A stretch of DNA of 64,000 bases. Origin: the human T2T-CHM13v2.0 reference genome, Homo sapiens. Below, one piece after another: positions 46,850 through 63,965 of the stretch (position 1 is the first letter of the stretch; every line of letters begins with the position of its first letter). The notes under the pieces were generated by a model. It had not been told where the DNA came from and searched no databases. It worked only from the letters and a program-made list of their open reading frames with translations. The stretch lies in assembly GCF_009914755.1 (NCBI RefSeq), contig NC_060941.1. One strand, given 5' to 3'. A program made the translations under genes and the position numbers.

Positions 46850-48840
46850 GGTTATCAGTGACCACCCCTGAATGCCGCAACTGACCAGACTCCAGGGACA
46901 CCATGGACTACTTAGTTGCAGACTGATGACTTTGGACCTCTTCCATTATGGAAAGGGCAGTGATTTCTTTTCACTGAAACAGGCTCATGTCTGACTTTGG
47001 AATTGACCTCTCTGCCTGTAGATCATCATGGCATGCTCTACAAAATTGCTTCTGACAACAGAATTCACTTTACAGTGAAAGAGGGAAAGCAGTGGGTGAT
47101 ACCCTTGTCAATGGATCCTGTCACCCAGAAGCAGTCATCTGTATTCAGCTGTGACATGATTTATTGAAGATTTCATTTCAGGACTGAGAGACGATCATAC
47201 CTAAGGAGATTGAAATATCGTCCTTTAAGATGCTTGTTTGTTCTGAACTAGGGAACATCACGTGGTGCCGTTTCTCCCACAGCCAGACTAAAGAGGTCTG
47301 GAGGAAGGGGAAGTAGGCATGGTGCAACTTCCATCTTACTTAATGACTCTCACTCTCTTCAACTTTTTTTCCACCAATTAGCGATTTTATTCCCAGGAAA
47401 GGAAGGTTGCACCATTGAGGCAGCTGACCGTTGGGGTGGCTCCCTTTGGAAAGGGGATATAAAGTGTTTGTATGAGTGATGGTTCCATTAAAGCAGACAT
47501 TTTTTAAAAAGGTGAAATTTGGGGAATTAGAGTGAATATAGATGTTGAACAGAAAAAGAGTGATATAGCAATAGTCTGGACATGTGGGCTGGCCACCTGG
47601 AATTTCACATGCCATTAGGTCAAAAAAGTGGGTTGACAAGGCTGGCTGCAGTGACTAGTCCTGGGAAAATGCTGCTATACCACGGGAGACAGGCCAGGGT
47701 GGAGGCTATGAATCAAACTCAAGTGGTTCTCTCAGGAGCCGCCTCCTCCTCCTCCTCCAGCGGTGGGAGTTAAGGGAAGACTGTTACCATCATGCATATG
47801 GGCAGGGCCTCCTTGGTCTCTGTGCCCTTAGGAAAGAGGAATAGGGTCACGGCTAGTAGGTCACACCCCAGTCATCTAAGGTACTGGCTGAAGACAGCAT
47901 GGACTTGGAATGGAAACTGGAAGCGGGAAACCTAAACATCATCCAGGGTCTCTTCTCTAGGGCAGGAAATGGGTGCTGTAGCTTCTACTTGTACTTCCTG
48001 TGTTGTGTGTATCCTATTTTAACTCATTGCCTCTCTTTCCTCTCCCGTTATTCGTTTTATTGTATATGGGATGAACGGTTATGGTTAACTTTACACTTCA
48101 GCTCAAAGATACAGAATAATGAGATGGGCTTGTTATCCCACGGAGGTGGGGTATCCATTACTCACAGACCTTGAGTACAGGAGTTGAAAGACATTGGGGT
48201 AACCCCGTTGGAAAGGGAATGAAAGAAGTTTTGATTGTATGAGGAATAGCTACATATTTTAAGCAAGAGTTTTTTCTTTAAGTAAAACTAGAGGAATTAG
48301 AGTATATGTTGATATTGAACAGCAAAAGAGTAAGGCTGTAATGAACTTAATAGACCCTTTTTTTTTTTTCTATTTTGGCTCTGCACCATATGAACTCATT
48401 CCCAAATTTGGAAAATCCACTATTTTGCGAGTCTTGGGAAGGGGCAAGATCAGCTAGTTCATGGGCACAGGATCTAAGCTCTGGCAGCTGGATGTTCTGA
48501 TCTAGAACTTCGAATGTGGAGCCAGGACACAAAGAATCCAGCTCAGTGTAGAGTTTGTTCTTGTGGCGGCAGTGGTGGTGGCATCAAGGTACAGCAGTTT
48601 CATTAGTGGTGTCCAGGATCTAGGGACCAGCTCTGGGGACCATGGCATCTAAACCAAGCTGTTCTCCAGGTGTGATTGGGTCATGGCCCCAGACCTCTGG
48701 CTTTCTTGGATCCAACCCATTTTCAAGCCCGATTCTCCGAAAGAGCCTGTGAATTCCCTAACAGGCTTCCACTCATTTCCTTTTCTGTTTAAGTAAGCTG
48801 CTGTTGGATGCTGTTGTTGCAACCAAGAATCTGACTAGCC
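46850..48840 (+). mobile_element. Decayed ERVL internal relic (integrase region), probably followed by an ERVL-class LTR (~48330-48840)
   Basis: Relic peptides DFGPLPLWKGQ* (~46928) and HGMLYKIASDNRIHFTVKEGKQW (47027-47095) resemble ERVL integrase motifs DYIGPLP..KGQ and HGIP..IASDQGTHFT. Confidence 0.6.
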
Positions 48841-48969
48841 CTTCCCATCTGAGCTCTTTCCTTTGCCTCTCCTAGTGTTGGATCAGGGAGGTGTTAGTTC
48901 CAACTTTAGTTAGCTCTTTTATGATCATCCTTGCAAAGAAGCAGCTTTGAGAAGTACTGAACGTAACAC

Positions 48970-50613
48970 AGGTCATCCACAACATCCCCTTTTTATTGAT
49001 ATTAATCACAGTTATGAGGTCTTGTCCATCAGAAAGCACAATTTGCATTATGTAGAACTACATACAAAGACATAAAAATAAAACATACATACACCAACCA
49101 CCACACCAGTTAATCTCAACCAATCAAACCTCTGAATGTGTCTTCAATTTTGATCATCAGTGCTTCGGAAGAACGTACATAGACCCAGCCCAAGGTTGGC
49201 CTTTGGGGTCTGATAGCATTCACAGAGCAGGAGATTCACCCTTGGAAGCAATTGAATGTGTAAACTCTGAGAGCAGACACTGACAATGCAATGCCTGCAT
49301 ACCTGACTCCTGGGCTGCCTTCCTTCTCAGCAGAGCCCACTGAAAGTCTCACGTGTGCCTTTAACCAATGAGGATGGCAGGCCTTATCTGTGTTTGAAGT
49401 GGACAGGTCATTGCTACCCCTGTTGGAGAAGCTATGTAAGAAGGAGTAGGCTGGCTTCTGGTCTAGTTCGACTCATTCTTTATAGGGACATTTCAGAATG
49501 ATGAGTTGGCTAAAATTTACTTTAAAGGGGAAATGTAAAATTACCTCTTCTTTTCCTATCCCCTTCTTCCTTTCCCATCCTGAGCCCTCTGGCAAGGCCT
49601 GTTGCAGCTCAAGAGTTTTTGGTCAGATTACAAGTTACCAAATGGTCAACAGGGAAGGACCCACTGCAGATTCCAAAAGTCTTTCATTCACTTGAGTTAA
49701 CTGAAATGGCTCCTTCTTTGAGTAATTGAAGAGTTTGAGTTCTAGCAGTTTGCTGGTGTCTCCAAGTCTCTTAGAAACATGACGGCTATAAACTTATCAA
49801 AATAAATGCCTAAGAAATTTGGAAAGCGCGACAAATGGCCTTGCTCCTGGAATCCATTGACAGCAGAGGCCTCCGAACAAACCCACACTCTGTCTGTCTC
49901 TTCTTTCCACAGGGCTCACTGTGAGTTCACAGTTGTCCTCATCCCCTTTCCTTCAATAATGTCAATCTTTGCCTTTAAAAAAAAAAAAAAAAAAAAAGCC
50001 AGACTAGCCAATTTCCTTCCCTTTTTCTGTGTCCCCCTCCCATGTAGTATCTCCTTAGGGGGAGGTAAAGGAAGACATGCTCCTCTCTGGGCTGGCTCGG
50101 CCTTGGAAGGTAGCTTGCTATCTTTATGATGCTCCAGTTCCAACATTCTAGATGGGGAGAGGCTCAGCAGTGATGGAGCAGGAGGGGCGGATGAGAGGTG
50201 TGCTGGCCACTCTGCCCTGAGTCACTAGGCCACCAAAATGCTTAGGAGACGTCTTTTGGTAGCTCGCTTCTATAGGTGACCTTGAGGAGTTGGGAGGCAG
50301 ATAGAAGGTCCCGAAGTGGAGATTTCCCTGATCTGAAGTTCCTTGATAATCCCACTGAAGAGAGAGTCCATTCAGTGGCCAAAACAAAGAATCTGTATTT
50401 CCATGACACCTTAAAATTCCCCATTAAATCAAAAATCTCCCTCAAAGCAAAGTAAAAATGGTTCTATTATAATCAGAGTCAATCAGGATAATGAGATGAA
50501 GAAGAGAGGAAGGAAAAAAGTTTTAATGTGAAGAAAGAAGCTTGTTGTCCCATAGAAGCCAACCACTGCTGTTTCTTCGTATGGCCTTTCCCGGGGTCCG
50601 AAGCGTCTCAGCC
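48970..50613 (-). other. SLC39A11: SLC39A11 3'UTR (~1.64 kb), including a U21 tract (49977-49997)
   Basis: Runs from the stop codon to a minus-strand AATAAA at 48992-48997; cleavage site estimated. Confidence 0.8.
48992..48997 (-). terminator. SLC39A11: Polyadenylation signal AATAAA of SLC39A11
   Basis: tttatt on + strand; the minus strand continues GU-rich (gatgttgtggatgacctgtgtt). Confidence 0.8.
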
Positions 50614-52292
<1,679 letters not shown>

Positions 52293-52644
52293 CTGAAAAA
52301 CCAAGAAAGCACATGAAGGCTGCTGTCTGGAATAGGTGCTCACACAATGGGAGTCCCTGGCCGAGGCCAAGACCTCCGTGGGTGCTAGGAAGCCAGGAGG
52401 AGACCTGTGACCTGCAGTAGGAGAGGAAGGAGAAAGGTCAGGACGTGTGTCTAGGTAAAGAGCAGGGGCTGCAGGAGGGAGTGATGTGAGCCCTCTACCC
52501 ATCATGCTGTCCTGGGTCCTGGGCAGGCTCTGTCCTTACAATGCTTTGCTACAGCACAGAACACACTGGCTGGCTCTCAGGGTGCCCTGAGTTCTGCCAC
52601 GTGGCTGTATAACTGCACTTTTCATTTTACTTTCTACGCCTCTG

Positions 52645-52917
52645 TTTCTTTTTCTTTTTTTCTTTTTCTTTTTTTTTTTTTTTTGAGATGGAGTCTCGCT
52701 CTGGAGACTCCAGGCTGGAGTGCAGTGGCATGATCTCGGCTCACTGCAACCTCCACCTCCCGGGTTCAAGTGATTTCCAGCTAATTTTTGTATTTTTAGT
52801 AGAGATGGGGTTTTACCATGTTGGCCAGGCTGGTCTCCAACTCCTGACCTCAAGTGATCTGCCTGCCTTGGCCTCCCAAAGTGCTGGGATTATGGGCGTG
52901 AGCCACGGCACCCAGCC
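52645..52917 (-). mobile_element. Alu (AluS-like, right-arm deletion), sense to SLC39A11
   Basis: Reverse Alu; TSD tac(g/a)cctctgtttctt. Confidence 0.92.
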
Positions 52918-54270
52918 TACACCTCTGTTTCTTGTATACAATTTAGGGACAACAATATCTACCATAAAGGATTGCTGAGTGACCCAGTGACCCAATAATG
53001 CCTATCACATCCTAGCATAGAGAGGTGCTTAATGCATTTTGGTTTCTATTCTGTTACAGCACAGAAATGAGTATATCACATTTTATTCAGAGGCCACTTC
53101 AGAAATGGGACAAGGAAGTGCAGCTGCAGACGCTGATGGTGCCACAGATCTGGCTCTGGGCTCAGCTTCTCCGTGGGCTCTGCAGGTCTGGCACCATCGC
53201 TGCATTTCTTTGGGCCCCAGTGGTGCTCACAGTGATCCTCTCACCTCCTGCCTCTGCAGGACAGTGACAGGCTGTGCTGATAGATGCCTGTCTTTGAGAA
53301 GCTGCTTTCTGCACAAACCAGGCATTGGAGTGTGAGAGGAGGGAGAAGCAAAATGGGATGCGTACAAATGCAATCTGTGACCACATGCCTGGCCTCAGGG
53401 GGCTTAGTATTTAGCCATGGAGACAACACAGGCATGTACATGAAGAACCCTTATTGTGGATGCTGCAAACTACAGCAAATCAGCCAAAAGTCAACTTGCA
53501 CAGGAAACAGAGGCATGAGGGAAGCAGAGGAGGGAAATGGGGCCAGTCCGAGTGCCTTAGGAAGGCCCTTTTGCACGTGAGACTCTACCTTGGCCGGACA
53601 GTTCCAAGAAGCAGCCCCTCCATGAAGGGCCATCTGATCAACAATGATCTAAAGGGCGTGAGAAGAGGGTGCCACTCGGCAAGCAATGCTGGTGTGTGGT
53701 CCGAGGGAATTGTGGGTAGATTAGATAGAGAAGAGAAACTCCACCATCACCGACTTTCAGGTCAACTGGCTCACGTCCATCCATCTTGCTGCCAATAGGA
53801 ATCTACCCATTGCTGCAAGGGAGTGTTGTAGACTGGTAGCTGGGACCCCTGCCTATGACCTGCCCCAGGCTCCCGGGACTGGGACACACTCGTGGCCCTG
53901 AAGGTCCTGTCAGGCCTGATCCGGCTGAGGCCCAAGTTCCAGCCTCTAACAAAGAACACCAAGGCGAATCCCCAGTTTAGCATCTGACCTCCATTTTGTT
54001 TCAGGGTTTGGCCTTTACCCTGTTTTTTTTACCTTTATCCCCCAGCTCCTGCACATGTTTCATTGAGGTTCGTAGTTCCAGATACCTCAGGAAGAAGTAG
54101 CCCCCACCTCGAGTCTGCCAGTCAAGTAGACTCTTAGGAAAAGTCCAGCCCTAACAGAATCTCATACCTGTCACCACTTAGCTCACATGTGGTTCATAGA
54201 ATTAGTGCCCATCCCTTTTTGACAAGATTACAATGAGCCCCTCAGCATCTACCCATCAGCTTAAAATCTG

Positions 54271-54720
54271 CCCCCGTGTGCAACAGCGTTGAGAGCCACT
54301 GGCCTAAGCAGGCATCATGGGAGGTGAGGATGAGGAAAGCAGTCAAGCCCACCCCCCTCCCAGGAGCCCCTTCCCTGCTATCCCAATTCCCAACACAGGC
54401 TGGGAGCCGAGGACACCTGTGGCCACTACTGAATGCATCAGGAGCCTGCAGCCCAGGGTGCTTACTGTATACAAGATCTGATGTGGAGAGCTCTGGAGGA
54501 GATCCGGAGCAACACAGGACAGGAGTAACAAAACAGGTGGCATTAGGGGACATGGATATGTAACAGAAGTGATGGAGAATAGTGAGCACCCCGTGGCAGG
54601 GATGGTCCCCCTAGGGTGGGGTTGGGGGAAGAAGCCCTGAGCTGACTTAGGAGCTGTGGGGCCTAGACTGGCTGGGGGTGGGAAACTGTGAAGAGGGACA
54701 AAGCAGCTTCCCCAGGGGGC
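54271..54720 (+). repeat. Copy 1 of a ~445-bp local direct duplication in an SLC39A11 intron
   Basis: Aligns colinearly with 58514-58974 (e.g. gcgttgagagccactggcctaagcagg; ctgggagccgaggacacctgtggccactactgaatgcatcaggagcctgca). Confidence 0.9.
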
Positions 54721-55023
54721 ATCTGAAAAGTGATAGCATCCAAAAACTGATCAGTTCCTTAATAAAGGAAATATTATGGTCTCTTGGGACTGACAGAAGC
54801 ATTGAGCCTGTCTCTCCAACCTGCAGGCAGAACTGTTCATGAAGTGGAGTGGACAGACAAGAAGACACCCCACCACACCAGCCCAGGACATGTCCACAAA
54901 AGCTGCATCACTCAGCATTTCCCATGAGTCTACCCAAATCCCTGTCTATATCACCCAAGTTTGTGCTCTCCTTTGACTCCTTAGAGAGGGGCTCAAACAT
55001 GCTCCAACTTCATCCCTGGATCT

Positions 55024-55247
55024 AGGGGGCAGCAAACTTTTTCTGTCATGGGCCAGATAGTAAATATTTGAGGTTTTGCAGTCCACTGAGTCTCTGTTGC
55101 AACCACTCAACTCTGACATTGCAGGTGCAAAAGTGGCTATGGACAGTACATAAACCATTGAGTGTGGCTGTGTTCCAATAAAACTTTATCTACACAAATG
55201 AGTGGGGGGCCAGATTTGGCCCATGGGCTGCAGTTTGCTGACCCCTG
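55024..55247 (+). mobile_element. MER58A (hAT-Charlie)
   Basis: ggggcagcaaactttttctgt...gggccagatagtaaatattt...cagtttgctgacccctg with terminal inverted repeats. Confidence 0.85.
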
Positions 55248-55973
55248 CCCTGATAGCTCAGTGGCTGCAGAAAGATCTGGCAAGATGAAACCACAGACCC
55301 TGGGCATTGCAGACCCTATCTCTTCTTATGTTCTCATGGCCATGCATGTGGTAGTTGAAGTTTGGGCTTTGCAGTCTGACTTCTTCTGTCCAAATCCTGG
55401 GTCTGTGCTTTGTTAGCTGTGCTACTTTCCATTTCTCCAACTGCAGAATTTGAAGAACAATACCCACCCTCACTTCACAGTGTTGCTGATATGATTACCT
55501 GGGATGGTCCCTCTCAAGCCCTTAGCACACGGGAGCTAGTATGCAGTAAGCACGTAATCAATGCCTGTCCTGGGGTGAGGGTGAGTGTTATCACTGAGGT
55601 TGCAGCGTGAAATAACAGAGACAGGGACTTAAAGCTTTTCCAAGAACTCATGCGTCCTCTTTCCAAGAGAGACTAAGATTTTCTACCCTAAAGCCAAAAC
55701 TCATTCCTCTGCAAAGCTCTGTTTCAAAGAGACCTGGCTTGGCTGTTTTGCTTATGGCTCATCTATGCTTGAGTTTCCATCGGCACTCACTCATTTGCTC
55801 TTGTTGACACTTGTGTGAGATTTTTACATCACTTGTAAGATTTTGGTGAGAACCACTGTGCAACCTGAAGGCATTTCAGATACTGTGTTCCTATATACTG
55901 CTTGGTCTGTTTGGGTTGTACAGAAACTCCCGGGAGATGTGGATTCTTGCTTCTCCTAGGCTGGCACATATAG

Positions 55974-56763
<790 letters not shown>

Positions 56764-58513
56764 TGCTGCACTTTAAAGTATGGAAAGCTCCATTGGATAA
56801 TTGAGCCCTGGGGGTCACCTCTGAAGATTTTGTCCTGGGCAGCTGGGGACAGTTTTACACTTCCCTGAGAAGTGCCTCTAGGAGGTGAGGCCCTGGGCAG
56901 GAAGTCAACTGTAGCTTACATATCCTCCACATAGTCTTGATCTGTCCTAGATCAACAGGAGAGAAGGATTTGGAGAAATGAGACAGGATGAAAAAGGAAA
57001 TCTAGCTACAGATGTTTAGGAAAAAGGTGTCATTCTGGTCCCTTGTGTTTAAAATGTGCGTGTGTGTGCGGAAGGGTGGGGCATGGGGAGTGAGCGGGTG
57101 GCCCTGCTTAGCCATCTTGCTTTTCCTTATTTTCTGGGTCCCTAACATGTCTTCCTAGCCAGTCTATAGGGGCAGGACAAAAGGGTCAGGAGCTCTCTTC
57201 CTCACCTTGAAAGGTCCTAGGCTCCCCTCTTCTGCTGCTCTGCCAGGGAGGGTGATGGGTGCCGCTTCTGGCATTGGGTATAGGATCGGAGTTAATGGCC
57301 TCACTTCTTCCCTCTGGGGCCCCAGGCCTAGGACTCGAAAGCTAGCTTTGGAAGACACTGTTGAACGTTGCTTCAGTTATAGGATGCTGACAAGCGTGTT
57401 CTAACCAGCCCTGGGCAGAAATGCGGCCTGTTCTCGCAGCTTCTGCTACCAATTTCATGTGCAAGCTGACCCTGAGCTCCTATTCCAGGAGTTGGAGACA
57501 TGTGAATATATTTATGTTGAGGACAAATTCTTAAGGATAAATTCTTGCCAATATTTCATAAGCCCCTGCCCCGCCTTCCCAGATAGACCCTCAGGGGGGC
57601 CCCTTCCCTGCGACTTTGTTCAGCATCTCCTTGTAGCCCTCAAAATGGTTGAGTGAATACAACCAGCTTCCTTGACCTTTTGCAAAGTCCGAAGTGCAAG
57701 GTTTCTTTCCAATGAGGAAGGCCAAGGCTTCTGATATCTTGGGCTTTGCCAGGCACTTGGTGGCTGGCTCTCAGTCCGCTGCCATTGCCTGCACCTCATA
57801 TTCACAGGCAGGCACACGAAGGTAGCCGCAGAGTGACCAGCCCAATGTCACTGACAAATCAGAGGTGGGGCTCCCCATCCAAAGTCCTCGCCGTGACATA
57901 GCGCTGACTACAGCCATCGCCCGGCGGGCTGTGGGAGCCTCCTCCACATCCTGTCTGGGAGCCACCATCCTGATAAGCAGCACAGAAACCCCATTCTTCC
58001 ATCCCTGGCAAGCCTCGTTACCTCTGCCTTGCCCCAGCCCTGGCACGGGGCTGCCAGCCCAAACAGCTGCCATGCCCTCTGGATCCTGCCAGGCCTTTCT
58101 CAGCAGGGCATTGCATTGCTGGGCGGTCAGAGTCCCTCCTGACACTCCTGGGCTCCTTTGCTCCCCAGCAGGGGCTGGCACCACAGTTTCTCTGCCTTTC
58201 CTACCTGTCATGCACAACACTGCCTAACTGGGCTCTCCTCCACACACCCGTGCACACGCACAGGCCCATCCAAGTTCCCTCGCCCCGCTGCTTGTTGGGC
58301 ATTGGTCAGAGGCCCACTGGTGGGGGTGGCCCAGTGGAGGACACAGTCCCTTCCAGCCCTCTCCTCTTCTTCAATCACCTGCATCAGCTCCAGAGTGGGA
58401 TTTGAATCCACGGCTCTCAGACCTGACGACACATGCCAGTCACAGGGAGCACCGGCAAATGCCGATGCCTCGGCCCTGCCCTGGAGATCTCGGTTTATTG
58501 CCGTGGCATTGGG

Positions 58514-58974
58514 CCCCCTGTGTGCAGATTTTAAGAGTGTGCGAGGGCGTTGAGAGCCACTGGCCTAAGCAGGTGTCAGAGGAGGTGAGGATGAGGATGG
58601 AGGCCAAGCCCGCCTCCCTCCCAGGAGCCCCTTCCCTGCTATTCGAATTCCCAACACAGTCTGGGAGCCGAGGACACCTGTGGCCACTACTGAATGCATC
58701 AGGAGCCTGCAACCGGGGTGCTTACTATATACAAGATCTGATCTGGGGAGCTTTGGAGGAGATCTGGAGCAACTGAGGGCAGGAGCAGCAAAGCAGGTGG
58801 TATTCGGGGATATGGATGCATAACAGAAGTGACAGAGAATATTGAGGACCCCGTGGCAGGGATAGTCTCTCAGTGGTAGGGGGTGAGCCGTGAGCTGACT
58901 TAGGAGCTGTGGGGCCTAGACTGGCTGGAGGATGGGAAACTGTGAAGAAGAACAAGGGCAGCCTCCCGGGGGGC
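58514..58974 (+). repeat. Copy 2 of the ~445-bp local direct duplication
   Basis: Roughly 80-85% identical by eye to 54271-54720. Confidence 0.9.
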
Positions 58975-59887
58975 TGGTGGCGTGGAGGATGCCCCAGGCT
59001 CACCAGCTCCCCTCCTGCAGCCCTGCTGTGCATTCCTGCAAGGCCTTCAGTCTAACTAAACACTCTGAGCTGACGATCCTGGGCAGGTGGGGTTGGTGGG
59101 CCATTCCCTCCCTCCTTTACGCTCTGGGAAGGGAAAGGTCAGATGAGAGGTTTCCTTTCCAGGATGGGCCATGAAAATTCAAAACAGCATTCAAAAGCCA
59201 CGGGGAAAATACAAACCCATGCCCTTCTGAAGACAGTGAAGCTGCTGTCTTCTGGGTTCTGTTCCTCCCCAGCAGTAGCACAAAGACACTATTACTAGTC
59301 TGGACCACGACACATTAATGGGAAGGAGAGGGAAGTGGAGATGAAGGGCTCTTTTAGAAAAGAAACCGCAGGCTGTCCCCTGACAAGGTCCCTTGTCCCT
59401 TCCGTGACAAGCCAAGTCCCATGGCAACCTGTCACCGGAGCCTGACTGAGAGCAACAAGGCAGAGATCTCTCGAGAAGGGCCAGGAGAGGGGCATCCGTG
59501 TGTAGAGTGGGACAGGAGAGGAGAGAGGGAGCGTGGAAAGGGAAGGAGACGGGGGAGGCGGGAAGGGAGGGTCGACAGGGCAGGGAGTCATTGGGGAGGA
59601 GGATGACTCCTGGGGTTGGGCTGCACCAGCAAGGACAAGAGCAGCCCTGACAGGCCTCTCCCGGGGAGGTCTGTCTGCAGGGGCTGCCTCATGGAGGCAG
59701 AGTTTGCCTCAGGGCATCCAGACTTCTCTTTTCCTTTTCCTTAGGAATCAGAATTTGCTAGGAAGGGACAAAACCAGAGAACCGCGAGGAAGGGGGGTCC
59801 CATCCAGCATTGGGGGAATCAGGGTTTATTTTTAAAGTTCATTTCCTATTATATGTTTATTTTTATTATTTTTTTTAAACATCGAAG

Positions 59888-60479
<592 letters not shown>

Positions 60480-60612
60480 CTACAGAAGATCACTTGACTG
60501 CCCTGACTTTGGGCAGGAGTGAGTAGCAATGGTTTACCTCATTAGAATGTACAGGCCAATATGTTAAGAGGTCAGAATTCCCTGAATACAGTGTCCCTTT
60601 TGGGACAGGAAC

Positions 60613-60728
60613 TAGGGTGCCCAACCATTCCGGTTCACCAGGGACTGAGGGGTTTCCCAGGATATAGGACTTACTCAGTGCTAAACCTGGCACAGTCCCC
60701 AGATAACTGATGTGAGTTGGTCACCCTC
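60613..60728 (+). mobile_element. MER81-like hAT MITE
   Basis: tagggtgcccaacc...gagttggtcaccct terminal inverted repeats, ~115 bp; a more decayed similar element lies at ~24265-24377. Confidence 0.7.
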
Positions 60729-62411
60729 AGAAGTAGTCAGAAACAGGGTAGGTGGCAGAGGCAAGCTAGGGTAAGAATTTTAATTTTCCACAGGGGATAT
60801 ATACAGAATCCTACAAGCTAAGCAGATGTTTGAAAAAGTAAAAAGCCCTACCTAAAACTCGCAATGGTCTGATGCAAATTTTGACCGCTTTTAGCCCCTT
60901 GGATCTACTGCCCTCTAGAGAGCCAGCTTCCCTGAAACCCTCACCAGCCCCATTGATGCTGGGTGGGTCCTTGCGGGCTGCTGTCTCCAGCCCAGCCCTG
61001 AGTGGCATCCAGGAACTGGGCAGGCACGGCAGAAGCAGAAGGGATGGCCTCCCTGTAGGGACAGCAGCAGACACTTTGCTTTCTTGGGTAGGGACATAAA
61101 GAAACAATTCAGGCTGCTTAGGAAACCCCCAGAGGTGACCTGTAAGGAAGTGGGGAAGGCGCTGGGCCTGAGCACAAATAATGAATCCTAGAAGATGGAG
61201 GGGGGCTGGGCCCACAAGGGGTGCCAAGGGAGTGTAGGCGGGGGAAAGGTGCCCATTCATGGGCTTGGCCTCTCCGTGGGCTGGATGCAGGGGCAGAGGC
61301 GGACAGTCTGAGGTACTTTTCCAGAGGTCTCTCATCCTTTGCTCTTCCAACCTGGTAGAGGCTGAGGGCCAATGGCCAGGGTCCCATCCGGGTGCTAGGT
61401 AAGAAGGGCCTCCCTCCTCGTATCTTCAGGGAACACTAATCCCAAGCAGTGGGCAACAGGAAGAAAGGCATCCCCGGTGGGCAGTTGTTTCTGCTTTTTC
61501 TTAGAGGCCTGACCCTGTTTCGCCCCAGGGGCTGACTTCTCTTCTCCAGCATCCTCCTCCTACTACCCCCCACCCATCACCCATGTTAAAAGTTAGGGCC
61601 CTTGGAGGTCGCCTGGCTCAATGCCTTGATTGTTAAGATTGTTAAGGTAGAAAAAGGAGATGCAGACAAGTACAATGCCTTTGGAGGCCCTGTGATGTGT
61701 AGTGCCAGTCAAACATATGAGTCAAACACATCTGGGTGGGACCCCAGGTGCACAGGTGGGACCCAGTGCAAGCTACAGATCACTCAGCCTTTCCTTTAAC
61801 TGAAAAATGGGCATAAAACTCCCCCACCGACAGGGCTCTTGTGTGGATGGCAAATGATCACTGTGAAGTGCCAGGCTTATCTCGGAGCCCAGAGTGGGTG
61901 CTCTTTAAATAGCAGCCACTGTTAAAACTGCCCGAGGCTGCTGAATGAGGCGGTGATGAGCTGGGCACTGAAGCCTCCTATTCCCCCCAGACTGGTGACC
62001 TCCCAGCCACACACCAATTTCTTCTACAAAGGGTGTGCCTTAGCCTTCTCAATTATACGACCTCCTGGGCAGAACCATGTCCTGCAGTGGCAACTTGGCC
62101 ACCTGGAAGCCTCTTCTCAGGAGTCACTCCAGAGTCAACCGCTAAGCCCTGGCCATGTGCAAGAGCTCATGCCACATATGAAGAAAGACATTTGGAAGGT
62201 CCCTGTCTTCAAGGAACTTATAATCTGATACACAGCAAAAGACCTGCCTGCAAATGACTCCAGCACAGCACGGGACTTGCTAAAGGCCATAAGATCTAGC
62301 ACAGAGCATTAGGGGCGAGGATGATTTTGGCGGAGACAGATGATCCAGGAAACCTTTGTGGAGAAAGCAACATCCAAGATGGACTGTGAAGGATGGGGAC
62401 AATTTTAATAG

Positions 62412-62940
<529 letters not shown>

Positions 62941-63339
62941 TAGCTGAACCTGCTGGATTTTTAGGGAAAACCTGAGTGTTAAACACCCCAGCCATACCTC
63001 AGGTGTTTTCCAAGGCCGGAGTGCGAAGTACCACCCCAGGGGTCCCTATACTATCTTTGGGAGGCAGATGCCTGTGCTGAGTGAGTTACTCAGGGGTGTT
63101 CCCTTGAAATTCATTTATTAGCCATCTCCACTCAAACCTCAATGTCTCAGGCCTTGAGCTTGGGAAATGCTTCCAGCTCGTGTCAGCAGCCCCACAGAGC
63201 ATGTGCCAGGAGCTGTGCACAGCACTGGAGACCCCACTGCAACCGCCTGCGGTTGAAACCAGCTCAAGTCTTTCATTACCGCACCCATCAGAGGCAGCCC
63301 GAGGTCCTCCGGCTAGAATAAAAATGACGATAACCACTG

Positions 63340-63540
63340 CTGTTATTTATTGAGTATTACTACGTGCTGGGCGTGCTTGTAAGCATATTACATGTAACAA
63401 CATGCCTTGCCCCTCAACCACCTCATGAGCAGCTTTCACCATTATTCCCATTTTACAGATGGAGAAATTGATGCTCAAGGAGTTAAATAACTGGCCCTGA
63501 AGGTTGTGGAGCTGGGAAGTGACAGAGCAGGGCCTCCTAA
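63340..63540 (-). mobile_element. MIR
   Basis: atttattgagtattactacgtgctggg...cccattttacagatggagaaattgatgctcaagg. Confidence 0.7.
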
Positions 63541-63746
63541 CTGCTACTGTGTACACATACCGGGTTTTCTGGGCCTCATGCAGACCCATCGAACCATATG
63601 GAGATAGGGGCGGACGCTGCCCGACACCCACTTGGCTAGTGAGCTGAGGTTCTGGCCTCTTCTGGTCAACAGGGAGGGCAGGCCAGACTCAGGGGGTTTC
63701 GAGCCAGAGACCTGCAGGGTTTAATGGAGTGGAACGTGCCATCCAC

Positions 63747-63965
63747 AGCGGGATTTCTCAACCTCACCACTACTGACATTTCACACCGTGAGTTCCTTGT
63801 TGTGGGGGCCTGGTTCTGTGCAGTGTAGGATGCTTACCAGCATCCTCGGCTCCTATCTGCTAGATGCCAGCAACAACCTCTCAGCTGTGACAACCAAAAG
63901 GTCTCCAGACATGGCCAAATGTCTCCGGGGAGGGGGAGGGGACCAACCCTGATTGAGACCCACTG
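63747..63965 (-). mobile_element. MER20
   Basis: gatttctcaacctcaccactactgacattt...tctccagacatggccaaatgtc...gattgagacccactg. Confidence 0.8.
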
